Shown here: one piece after another, positions 44,558 to 54,600 of the stretch
Layout: each line of letters begins with the position of its first letter
How positions within the stretch are numbered: position 1 is the first letter of the stretch
Virus record (IMG/VR): IMGVR_UViG_3300032236_001159
Coordinates: 1 to 64,000 of that record
From: a virus
DNA: 64,000 nucleotides
Reading direction: 5' to 3' (one strand)
Notes under the pieces: model-generated
Databases searched by the model: none
Seen by the model: the letters and a program-made list of their open reading frames with translations, nothing else
What the model was told of the DNA's origin: nothing
Program-made: the position numbers and the translations under genes

Positions 44558-44746
44558 TTATTTTACCTCAAATTCTTTTATGTCTAGTAATGTTAGTGTT
44601 TCCTGTTGCTTGAAATAAAGCTTCACATAACATCTACAAATATTTTTCAATAAATCAATGTTAGTGCAAGATTCCAGTTCTCTTGATATTTTTTCATATT
44701 CAAAAATTTTACTCAAATTATCAAGTTCAATATTATCTGGGTTCAT
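44558..44746 (-). CDS. Small helical protein, possibly NblA-like
   Basis: 62 aa with two predicted helices: IELDNLSKIFEYEK...VKLYFKQQET. Confidence 0.65.
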   Translation of the reverse strand: MNPDNIELDNLSKIFEYEKISRELESCTNIDLLKNICRCYVKLYFKQQETLTLLDIKEFEVK

Positions 44747-45920
44747 TAGTTTGACCTGTAAATAGTAATGGTTTTGTTGGATCCTTTAATGATGGATTGA
44801 ATGCTAAAACAATAGCATTTGGGTAAACTTTATTGACTTCTCTTGTTACTTCTGCTTTTGTTGGTCTAGTAAATTGTTGGAAGAACATTTGAGTTGTAAT
44901 ATACTTACCTCTCCAATTAAGAATTATACTATAAGTTGTTCCGCGAGTCTGTATCCTTAGATAGTTTTCGGATACATTGCTTTTTTCTTTTTTATTTCCC
45001 CAATTTGCTGCACCAACTTTACGGCACTTTACTAACGCACCAGATGCATAAGCAGAAGGCCATATTTTATATCTAGATTTCACTTTTTCTTTACAAGCAT
45101 CTTCATTTACAAATTCTTCGGTTGCAACATTTTTTGCCTTTCCACTTCTTTCTGGATTTGGGTCTTCTTTTCTTTTTCTTCTTGCTGCTGCTTCTTCTTC
45201 CTTATCGGACATATTTGCAGCCATTTTTGATGAACCACATTTTGGTTTTGTGGTTTGTCCTGGTTGTTTAGCACAAGGTTTGCCTGCGTATCTTCCTCCT
45301 AACTGAACCCATCCTGGTTTTCCATCACTTGATTTGCTTTTTGAAAACCAATCGTGGAGAGATGAATCACCGGATTTTGTTTCTTCACTAACACCCTTCA
45401 TTTTTTCTGGTTTAATCAAATCAATAATTTCCAAAAAGGTATTGCCATTCGCATCTTCAATAGTCACTGATTCATTTTTATATTGCTTTTCTTCTGGAAA
45501 ATTTCCAGGATGAGTAGTTGCTATTGAATAATTTTTTTGCACTTTCACATCTTTAAATTTATTATGATCTTTTTTTGCGGAAGATTCCATTTTTTTCAAA
45601 CGTGTATAATAATCTGGTATTTCATTCAAATGTTGCAAAGCAATATCAATTGCTAAATCTTTATCTTTTGTGTGTTCGTGCTCAATTTTAATTCCCATTT
45701 CAAGTTGATTTTTTATAAAAGAAACATCAAGCCTATGTTTTTTTGCAATTTCTTTTACTGTACTGTGTGATTTTATTTTTAAATTTTCTTCTACGTGGTT
45801 TTCATTATTATTAGAATGACCTGAACAATCGTTCATTCCATGAACTGGGCATTTTATTTTTGCTTTCGTTTTATTGCAAATAGGATTTGCTTCTTTTATA
45901 AATTCCTTAAAACTTTTCAT
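44733..45920 (-). CDS. Modular basic protein with capsid-targeting-like N-terminus
   Basis: Starts MKSFKEFIKEA; modules include QLEMGIKIEHEH...IPDYYTRL, PGWVQLGG...CAKQPGQTTKPKC, and DACKEKVKSRYKIWPSAYASGALVKCR. Confidence 0.8.
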   Translation of the reverse strand: MKSFKEFIKEANPICNKTKAKIKCPVHGMNDCSGHSNNNENHVEENLKIKSHSTVKEIAKKHRLDVSFIKNQLEMGIKIEHEHTKDKDLAIDIALQHLNEIPDYYTRLKKMESSAKKDHNKFKDVKVQKNYSIATTHPGNFPEEKQYKNESVTIEDANGNTFLEIIDLIKPEKMKGVSEETKSGDSSLHDWFSKSKSSDGKPGWVQLGGRYAGKPCAKQPGQTTKPKCGSSKMAANMSDKEEEAAARRKRKEDPNPERSGKAKNVATEEFVNEDACKEKVKSRYKIWPSAYASGALVKCRKVGAANWGNKKEKSNVSENYLRIQTRGTTYSIILNWRGKYITTQMFFQQFTRPTKAEVTREVNKVYPNAIVLAFNPSLKDPTKPLLFTGQTNEPR

Positions 45921-45935
45921 GTGAAAATTTTTTAA

Positions 45936-46358
45936 CTATTTAGAATCTATAACACCCTGTTTAAGTAATTTTTGTAATTCTGCGGTAGATCCAACAAAAA
46001 GAGCATTTGTAACATTTTTTGGATTGGATTTATCTTCCTTTTTAAGATCCTTCATTTTTTGGTGAATGTCCATAAGTTTATCCGTAGAATCAGCAACATT
46101 TTTAATTAATTGCCCAAAAACTTCATATGCTCTTGGTTGTTGTCCATCTTGTGCTATTTCCAAAAGACTAGTCGCCGCTTCTTGTCCTTTTTCAATTAAA
46201 CTATAAAGTGTTCCTCTAATGTATTCAAAATCTAATTCCGATTCATCTTTATTCTGTATATTTTTTAAATCTTTTTTTGATTGTTTTATAATTTCCTTTG
46301 CAGTAACTGTTGCTTCAATATCCAAAGACTCGTTGATTTTATCAAAATTATTTTTCAT
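45936..46358 (-). CDS. gp16: Terminase small subunit (gp16)
   Basis: DFEYIRGTL, PRAYEVFGQLIK, NALFVGSTAELQKLLK. Confidence 0.9.
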   Translation of the reverse strand: MKNNFDKINESLDIEATVTAKEIIKQSKKDLKNIQNKDESELDFEYIRGTLYSLIEKGQEAATSLLEIAQDGQQPRAYEVFGQLIKNVADSTDKLMDIHQKMKDLKKEDKSNPKNVTNALFVGSTAELQKLLKQGVIDSK

Positions 46359-47407
46359 ATATCAATACCTTTAGATGGACTATAAATTTTACCATCACCA
46401 TAGTCAAAACGATATTCATCGAATCCAAAATCATCTGTTTGTTCAATCAAATTATTATCCTCAATATTAATAAGATTTATATATGATCCATTTAAATGTG
46501 AAACTACGGAAGAGTTATCTTCACCTCTCAAAACAGTAATAGTATTTCCAGATATTGATTTAATATACATCTCTTCATCATCAATTTCTATGTAGGTATT
46601 TTCTGAAAGAGAAGTTGCATCATTTACTATAAATTTGGTAATTTTATCATCTATATCTTGTGCAAGAGAAGTTGTATTATCTGTATTATAATCTTTAATT
46701 GCTCTTGGTTCTGCAACATAACGAAGCTGTCTAGATGAATTTTTAGTGTCCGTATCGGAATAATAATCCACCTGAACTTTTTTGATAAATCCTTCCGTAT
46801 TGTCTGGAATAGGTCCAAACAAATAAGTTTTAGCAGTAAAATTCAAATCATAAATTATAATTCTTTTTTCTTCATAACCACTATCATAATTATCTTTAAA
46901 ATTTATATTTTCGAGTATCATCGGAACATCTCTTTTTTCTCCTATAGAAGAAACCAAATCTAAAGTTAAATTAAAAGATGGCTGAAAATACGGAAGGATT
47001 TGCTCAACAATTTGCAAAGCATCGTCATTATATTGCGTCATAATAGAAAGTTGAATTCCAATATTATATGGGGCAGGCATAAAAACTTTCTTAACTGTCT
47101 GATTATCTGTGGAACTCAATGCTTTGAAAGTTTGCATAGTAGAAACTTTTCTAGTATTATCATATTGAATACTAGTCATTTCAAATGCCAATCTTGGCAA
47201 AACAATAGAAACTCTCTTTCTTAAATCTGGTTTCTGTTCTAATCTTGCTATAAATTTCTCTACTGGACCATATGCAATAGGAACTTTTATTATACTATGA
47301 TCACTACCATCTTGGTTTTTATGTTTAATGTTGATGTTATTAAACAAAGTTCCAAATGCAATTATGGTTTTTTTAATTATTTCGTGATAATAATATTCTC
47401 CTAGCAT
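46355..47407 (-). CDS. gp15: Tail sheath stabiliser / terminator (gp15)
   Basis: AFGTLFNNI, VPIAYGP, LPRLAFE, EQILPYFQP. Confidence 0.93.
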   Translation of the reverse strand: MLGEYYYHEIIKKTIIAFGTLFNNINIKHKNQDGSDHSIIKVPIAYGPVEKFIARLEQKPDLRKRVSIVLPRLAFEMTSIQYDNTRKVSTMQTFKALSSTDNQTVKKVFMPAPYNIGIQLSIMTQYNDDALQIVEQILPYFQPSFNLTLDLVSSIGEKRDVPMILENINFKDNYDSGYEEKRIIIYDLNFTAKTYLFGPIPDNTEGFIKKVQVDYYSDTDTKNSSRQLRYVAEPRAIKDYNTDNTTSLAQDIDDKITKFIVNDATSLSENTYIEIDDEEMYIKSISGNTITVLRGEDNSSVVSHLNGSYINLINIEDNNLIEQTDDFGFDEYRFDYGDGKIYSPSKGIDI

Positions 47408-47436
47408 AATAATAACCTTTTATTAATTATTTAGAT

Positions 47437-48852
47437 TTAAAAATCCCCAAAAGGATTATGCTCACTAAAATCCAAAAATACATCTGCTTCGGATTCGATA
47501 GGAATATTTTCCGCATATGGATCATATTCATCTTGAACGTCAATCGAAAAAAGTCTATAATTGGCCTCAGATCCACCATAATTTGTGCCCATACCAATTA
47601 TAGATTCGCCCAAAGAAAAAGATCCATTTGATATTTTGACTTTAAGTATTCTTGTATCATAATCCCAATCCGAAACGTGTGCAGTTGTTCCTGTAGAAAC
47701 TCCCTTAACCACCTCATTAAATACATAATTTCCCGTAGATATTCCAATAGGAGATGAGAAAGAAACTGAAGGTGCTATTGTATAACCAGATCCGGCATTG
47801 CTATATCTAATAGCAGTTACTATCCCGAGAGAATTGATTACGCATTCTGCTTTTGCATCTATTCCCCCATAAGGTGCTGCCGATATTGTTACTGTAGGAC
47901 TAGTGGAATATCCTACACCACGATTAATAATTTCAAATGTACCCAAAGAACCAGAAGATAAAATCGCCGTTGCTATTGCGCCAGATCCACTTGAACTTAA
48001 AATCGTAACCGATGGCGTAACCGTATATCCAATTCCTGGATTTGTAATTAATATTCTATCAATTGAACTTCCGGTTTGGTTGGAACGATGAGTCATAATT
48101 GCAACTGCAGTTGCATTTACTCCTCCTGAAATCGCACGAGAAATAGAAATAGTTGGAGTTGTTAAATAACCAGTTCCATCATTAATTAAATCAATTTTAG
48201 AAACTGAACCACCAACTACTGACGCAAGATTGGAAGCAAGATTGACAATTGCAGATGTTGGAGTTGCTTCAGATTTAACCATATTTAAAGTTGTAATATA
48301 TCCAAAATCTTTTACAGATTCATCAACTTCACTGATGCTTGTATTAATATTTTCATCTGCTTCATAATCAAACACTTCACATCTCAATTCGTAGACATAA
48401 AGATTATTTAATTGATAAAATGGAGATTTAGCCTCTACGTATTTAATTTCAAATATTGTATTGTCTAAAGGCAAATAAATTATATCACCTTCTTCTGGTC
48501 TTGTAGATACTTCTATTTCTGCACTATTTGCAAGAAAATTAGAAACAAAATCTTCATATCTTTCTCTTGATATAATTAAAGTTAATTCATCAGTAGTCTG
48601 AACTCCAAATTTTGATAATATATCTCCTCTTCCCCCAAATCCTTGGTAATTCATTATATAAGCTTCTAATCTATATGCATCATCAAATTTTGATACAAGT
48701 ATTTCTTTTAATATATTACTTTTATTGACTATTTTTCTTGGCATATAAACAACATCTTGCCCAAACATCTTTAATTGTTCATTGATTAGATCCTGTACCA
48801 ATCTTTGCTCACTAACAGAACCATTTAAAAAATAAGGATTAAGTGGAGACAT
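47437..48852 (-). CDS. gp14: Neck protein (gp14) with inserted repeat domains
   Basis: LNPYF, EQRLVQDLINEQ, RPEEGDIIY, PFYQL, DFSEHNPFG. Confidence 0.92.
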   Translation of the reverse strand: MSPLNPYFLNGSVSEQRLVQDLINEQLKMFGQDVVYMPRKIVNKSNILKEILVSKFDDAYRLEAYIMNYQGFGGRGDILSKFGVQTTDELTLIISRERYEDFVSNFLANSAEIEVSTRPEEGDIIYLPLDNTIFEIKYVEAKSPFYQLNNLYVYELRCEVFDYEADENINTSISEVDESVKDFGYITTLNMVKSEATPTSAIVNLASNLASVVGGSVSKIDLINDGTGYLTTPTISISRAISGGVNATAVAIMTHRSNQTGSSIDRILITNPGIGYTVTPSVTILSSSGSGAIATAILSSGSLGTFEIINRGVGYSTSPTVTISAAPYGGIDAKAECVINSLGIVTAIRYSNAGSGYTIAPSVSFSSPIGISTGNYVFNEVVKGVSTGTTAHVSDWDYDTRILKVKISNGSFSLGESIIGMGTNYGGSEANYRLFSIDVQDEYDPYAENIPIESEADVFLDFSEHNPFGDF

Positions 48853-48856
48853 ATTA

Positions 48857-49672
48857 TTATCCTATCATATCCATTGGGGGAGTTTCATATTCATCTTTAA
48901 GTTGTTTTTCGGCTTCTTCAACTTCTCTTATTCCGTCATTTAAAATTCTTTCTCCATTAAATTGAATACCACCAGGAAGAGATACATTATTGAATTTAGT
49001 TAAATTAATTCCCCATTGTCTCTTCATTAAAGCGGTTAAGTATTTTTTTAACCACCAATCATTATAAATGTTTGGTGCATCTGAAGGATCTACCAGTCTA
49101 TAGCAATCAAAAATTAAATAATTATTTGGGCTCATTTGGCTCCAATCAATATCTAAGTACAATCTATGATTTTTTTTATTAAATCTAATTTGAATATCTG
49201 GAGTAATAATTCTACTTAAATCTTCAAGATATGTTTTTACCATTGCATAATTTAATAGATCAAGTGCTCCATAATAATACAAATCATTTAAAAATAGTTG
49301 ATATTTAATATTGAAAAGACCACTTGATATTGTACTAGAATCCACTTTAAATACATTATTAACACCAATTACGTGATCTGGTAACTGTAAAAAGTTGTTT
49401 GTTTCTGTGTAATTTACAGTCGTTATTCCAACAGAAGATGATGCAGTTGAAGTTGTAACTCCTGTCTTTATCGCATCTAATTGGGATTGGCTTAATTGAT
49501 GTTTTAAAAATACTTTTTCAATACCATCATAATGTCTTTCATTAAAATATTGAATGGCATCATCTACCAAATCATCAATTTGGTCATCTTCAATATTAAT
49601 TTCCAAAACGGGATAACCGAGTCTTCTCAGACAATAATCAATTAGTCCTTGGCGAGATGATGGTTGTGCCAT
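48857..49672 (-). CDS. gp13: Neck protein (gp13)
   Basis: YCLRRLGYPVLEIN, KRQWGINL, LPGG. Confidence 0.93.
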   Translation of the reverse strand: MAQPSSRQGLIDYCLRRLGYPVLEINIEDDQIDDLVDDAIQYFNERHYDGIEKVFLKHQLSQSQLDAIKTGVTTSTASSSVGITTVNYTETNNFLQLPDHVIGVNNVFKVDSSTISSGLFNIKYQLFLNDLYYYGALDLLNYAMVKTYLEDLSRIITPDIQIRFNKKNHRLYLDIDWSQMSPNNYLIFDCYRLVDPSDAPNIYNDWWLKKYLTALMKRQWGINLTKFNNVSLPGGIQFNGERILNDGIREVEEAEKQLKDEYETPPMDMIG

Positions 49673-49690
49673 TACTTAAATACCTCTCTT

Positions 49691-49900
49691 TTAATATTTA
49701 TTAATAGAATCTGTTTGTAATTCTTTTATTTGTTCCAATAAATCATATTTTTCTTTTTCGAAATCTTTAATTAAAGATTGAATTTTTGATTCTAATACAA
49801 TATTTTCAATTGAAAGTGAAGATATTTTTTGAGAATATGTATTAATTAAAATCGTTACGTCGATATCATTTTCATTATTCATTTTAATATTGACCTCCAT
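49691..49900 (-). CDS. Small coiled-coil hypothetical protein
   Basis: Co-oriented and tightly packed; probable start MNNEND. Confidence 0.6.
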   Translation of the reverse strand: MEVNIKMNNENDIDVTILINTYSQKISSLSIENIVLESKIQSLIKDFEKEKYDLLEQIKELQTDSINKY

Positions 49901-51002
49901 CTATGGCATTTGTCCACACAGGAACATTTGAATTGTCCGTCGTTAAAATATAATTTGAAGTGGATGCATATCCAACTTCTGGGGAATTAGTACTAATCAA
50001 TTTACCAGAAGAATCAAAATATGCAGATCCTCTGGTACTAATTCCGGAAGTAGTGAAATTAAGTAAAATTGAACCTATATCAAGAGTTCCTTTTGTTCCA
50101 GATACTACATTTCCTGTAATTGTGGCATCTGGTATATATGTGAGATAACGAGTACTGTCTTTATAACCAAAAAATCCTTTTCTATAATTTTGAACACCAG
50201 AACCTACATTATATTCAAATGAAATACCTTTATCTGTATTAGTGTCATAATAATGTCTAATTGTTAATTGTGATGTGGTTGAAATTGATCCACTAGTATT
50301 CCCTTGAATGAAAACAACATTAGTGTATGGATTATATGAATTTATTGTTGTGATTCCACTTGATGGGAGATTTGCATTTCCGCTAATTAAATCACCAGTA
50401 TTAATTCCAACAACAGAATCTAAAGTAATAGTTGAACTTCCAGTCAATACCGGAGACATCACTGTTCTAATACTTGTTATATCACCAAGATTTAATATAT
50501 CTGCATCTGCATTTACACTTGTTGAATTAATTGAAGTAGTAGTACCATCAACTTGTAGATTACCTTTAACAACAACTGTGCCTTGATTGCTTAATCCATC
50601 GGGATATGGATCAATATATAAAGTATCTCCAGTTCCAGGTAAAGATGAAATTATATTTGAATTAATTCTAACGTTATCAAATGTTGCACCGCCAGTATTT
50701 GTAATATTTCCACTTATATTTACCTTTCCCGAAAATGACGAGATACCAATAAAAGTATTTAAATTTGTACTTACTTGCCCAAGTGTAGTATTTCCATTTA
50801 CAGTTAATGATCCAACTAAAACTGGATTGCTAGTTGCTTCCCATTTTAATGTGGTGGAATTAAATACCAAAATCATTCCACCAACTTGGCCATTACTTAC
50901 ATCAACATCGGAAAGTTGATATAATTTCCCCCCTGCCACAATAGATGTGGCAGGAACTCTAATTGCATTTTCTGTTCCTAGTCTTACTCTTATATCTGCC
51001 AT
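49884..51002 (-). CDS. Putative fibre or virion structural protein
   Basis: LSDVD motif, GNLQVDGTTT, DKGISFEY, C-terminal IDGGQY. Confidence 0.75.
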   Translation of the reverse strand: MADIRVRLGTENAIRVPATSIVAGGKLYQLSDVDVSNGQVGGMILVFNSTTLKWEATSNPVLVGSLTVNGNTTLGQVSTNLNTFIGISSFSGKVNISGNITNTGGATFDNVRINSNIISSLPGTGDTLYIDPYPDGLSNQGTVVVKGNLQVDGTTTSINSTSVNADADILNLGDITSIRTVMSPVLTGSSTITLDSVVGINTGDLISGNANLPSSGITTINSYNPYTNVVFIQGNTSGSISTTSQLTIRHYYDTNTDKGISFEYNVGSGVQNYRKGFFGYKDSTRYLTYIPDATITGNVVSGTKGTLDIGSILLNFTTSGISTRGSAYFDSSGKLISTNSPEVGYASTSNYILTTDNSNVPVWTNAIDGGQY

Positions 51003-51007
51003 TTTTT

Positions 51008-51352
51008 TTATGCAGTGGTAACGCCGGCAGTTACAATCGCACTTCCTTCCACAACTCTGGTTTTAATGGAAGCCGCATCTATTAATAAAATATCATAAGA
51101 ATATCTTCCTGGTTTTATTCCAGAAGTAATTGAAGATCCTAAAGAGATTGTCAATTTACCAAAAGATCTATTATTAAATGAAACATCAAAGCTTGCAGTG
51201 ATTTTTGATGATGCTGGACTTTTTTTAATAGAAGAATATGCAGTATATCCAGTCAAATCCAATGGAGTATTTGCAGTAGTTTCAAAATCAAATGTTTGGG
51301 TGAAATCAGTTCCCGAATTGATTATGATGTTACTAACATAGGAAGCTGCCAT
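51008..51352 (-). CDS. Putative virion structural protein
   Basis: GTDF...DLTGYT...GRYSYDILL...RVVEG pattern. Confidence 0.75.
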   Translation of the reverse strand: MAASYVSNIIINSGTDFTQTFDFETTANTPLDLTGYTAYSSIKKSPASSKITASFDVSFNNRSFGKLTISLGSSITSGIKPGRYSYDILLIDAASIKTRVVEGSAIVTAGVTTA

Positions 51353-51381
51353 TATTTAAAATTTAATACATTCTAATATAT

Positions 51382-51603
51382 TTAGGATTTACTAGAAACC
51401 AATTGAATTAATAAATCTTTTATCACATCAATATCTTTTTTAATATTTTCAACATCAATTTCCAATTGCTTTGATTTTTCTATCTCCTTTAATTTATTTT
51501 CCTTTGCTTTTATATAATTTTGATAGTCACTGTCGGAGCAATTTATAATTGCTCCGCTTTTTTCGTCACGAAATAGCGATTTATTATTTTCAACAGGAAT
51601 CAT
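51382..51603 (-). CDS. Small conserved hypothetical protein
   Basis: LFRDEKSGAIIN plus coiled coil; ATGA overlap with the upstream gene. Confidence 0.75.
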   Translation of the reverse strand: MIPVENNKSLFRDEKSGAIINCSDSDYQNYIKAKENKLKEIEKSKQLEIDVENIKKDIDVIKDLLIQLVSSKS

Positions 51604-54600
51604 GATTTTGTTGCGATTGCTCTCAGGTCTTTAATTTTTGGATAAAGTGCCTGATTTGTTCCAGACATTAAGATTTTGATTTGGAATCCATTAAATGGTG
51701 CCAAATTATGAGCAGTAAATTCATAACTACCTAAATCATTAAAATTAACAGAAGGTATAACTAATTTATCTGGAAGTCCATTATTGTCTTTTGGATCAAT
51801 TACATCTCCATTATTGTTTAGATTTGAATACCCAGGGAATAGTTCGAAACCTTGTTGTTGAGACGATGTATCATCTCTCAATAATCTATACATTACTCTA
51901 ATATCACTAGAAGCATCTCTATATGCATCAAATAATACCATCAAACTATCTGCAGACTGTTTCAATTTGATGATTTTTGAAACATAAATTGCCGCATGTG
52001 GATCATCAGTCAAACTGTTTACGCTGGAATTCGTAGCATAGTTTGATACTGGAGAATTTAATCTGGACATAATGGTGATAATATTCACTCTATCCAGATC
52101 AATCATTGGAGATACTTTGGGGTCTCCTGTAGAAAGTACCATCTCTAATGTAAATGATTTTGCTCCTGGATAATTTCCGAGATTATTAGATTCATTTATT
52201 TTAGAAGCAATAATTCTAGTGGAATTTAAAATATTATTTGAATTTAATGAAATATCTTCAAATCCTTGATCTACAAATGAGGTTTCCGTTCCATCAGCAC
52301 TTGTTCCGGAGAAAGTTCTAATTCTTGCACTAATATTGGTAGTCTGTGGCAATAATGTTTGGATATTTGGTCTTATAATACTAAATGGAATATTTTGTGT
52401 TGCTTTTGGACCTTTTTCGAATCCAACTATCGGATTTGTCGATTCATACGTTCCTCCGGATTTTCTTTGTGAGAAGAATAATTCTGGATATCCATTTACA
52501 TTCGAAGTAGTTCTGTCTGCACCATCAATAGATGTATCTAATATTAAATTATATTCATCCAAATCTATAGGATAAGAATCTGTGATTGTATGAGTTTTAT
52601 TAATTCTCTTCAAAGATACACCATTAAGTTCATATTTAAATACTAAATCATTTGCAGAATATGATCCTGCAATTGGACCTCTCGCAATTCCAGTTAAACT
52701 ATTAGTGGAAGTATTTACTCCAGTATAACCTATGATTTCATTTTTAATAATAACATAACCAGTATTTGCTGAACCAACTGGAATATTTTCAAAACTTGTG
52801 AATATTCCAACAGAGGATGATAATGGGATATCCGAGGTTGAAGAGGAACTATACGATGCAGATAATTTTAATGGAGATAAATCTGGCTCAATTCCACTTA
52901 AAGTAACTTTGTTCTGTGAAGAATACATTCCATGATTATTATGATTTACTTTAATTCTCAGACCAGTAGTAATGTCAATAAGTGAGGTTACGCTCGCATT
53001 CGCCATTGTGACAATACCAGTTTGTCCATTATAGGTGATATATTTTGTCGAATCTGTGGAATCAATTTTTCCTTGAATATTATCAACAATTAAAGAATTT
53101 ATTGAAGTAATAATACCAGCAGTATTTGGAATTGTAATGAGAAGATTTTTTCCAAGATTTCCAGTATCCGTAGAAGCAATACTTAAAACATCGCCAATTG
53201 CATATCCAGTGCCACCAACAGAAACTGTTGCAGCTACTGCGACACCACCAATTACAGTGAGATTTGCCTTAGCACCTTGACCGTATCCACTGACGGCAAC
53301 TAAATTTTTATTTTGGAATGTGACGGATCCACTAGTATATCCACTTCCGGGATTTGTTATAGTTAGTGTTCCTGTTGCCCCAGTACTAATACCACCTAAG
53401 ACTGATCTCAATTTTCCAGAAAAATTAGAATTATTTTTCTGGAAAATTTGAACTCCATTAATTAGATTTGCTTGATCAGCAGCAGAAATGCTAGTTCCAA
53501 TTCCAACCAAACTCGATTTTGAATACATTTGAATTGGATTTGGTCTCAGTGCTGCAATTTGATTATTTCCAATATCTAAATTTGGATTATAAAATCTTAC
53601 GGACGCAGAACTTGTTACAAAATTTGCACGATAAAGTGTCATCTTCAAATCTTCAAGTTGACTTGCATCCCAAGTAGAACCATTTTGTGATTTGAATAAA
53701 GAACCTAGAAGTGGTTGTTGTGCCACAACAATTCTTTCTGCTTCTGGTCTGGTCAAAGTTGAAACATCAGTTTCGGTCATTCTTGAAATCCAAACATTAT
53801 ACTCATCTGAAGCCGACAAAAGAACAACAGCATATGAATTTGCGGTTTCTAGATAAACAGGAGATGGGAATGTAAAAGTAGTTGGAACGGAAGCATCATC
53901 TGAAATGCGAACTTTATCTGGATCTAAAATAACTTCCGCAAATGGTAGAATGGTTTGTGTTGGCAAACCAGTACTCATTGTTCTTATTTGTAAAGTAATT
54001 GGAAGATTATTTGTAGATTTTGATTTGAAGAAAATATCACATTTTGTTACATATACCCCATTTGGATCCGATACTTCAAATGATTCTGCAAGTGGATCTA
54101 CCCATCTAGTTTGGGTTACAGTTCTGTTTATAAATGATGTACTTGCCACAAGTCTTGTATCTGTTTCCGATGTTTTTCTATCATCGGTTTTTACATCTCT
54201 AGATATGTTTGCATTACGAATACGAAGAGTAGTTGATTCTACATTATCCAATGTTCCACTTGATGAGAAATTAGTTTCTGCAGAACTTTGAGCAAATCCA
54301 GAAATTGTGGAATTTGTTGAACTTGTAGTAAGTGTGAATGTTTTATTTCCTGTGGTAAATACTGGAGTTGATGGTGAAGTTGGGTCCGGAATAAATAGTG
54401 ATCCAATAAAAGTTCCAGAATTATCACTAATCAATCTAAGATTTTTTATATCTGCAATTGCTCCACTAGTTTGTCCAATTAAACGCATTCCATTAGAAAC
54501 ACATCCATAAAAACTAGAATTTGATTGCAATTCTAAACTTGCAGTATCAACATTCAATAAACCAGTAGTTGAAGAATAACTTGATGAAATTGTGCTCGAT

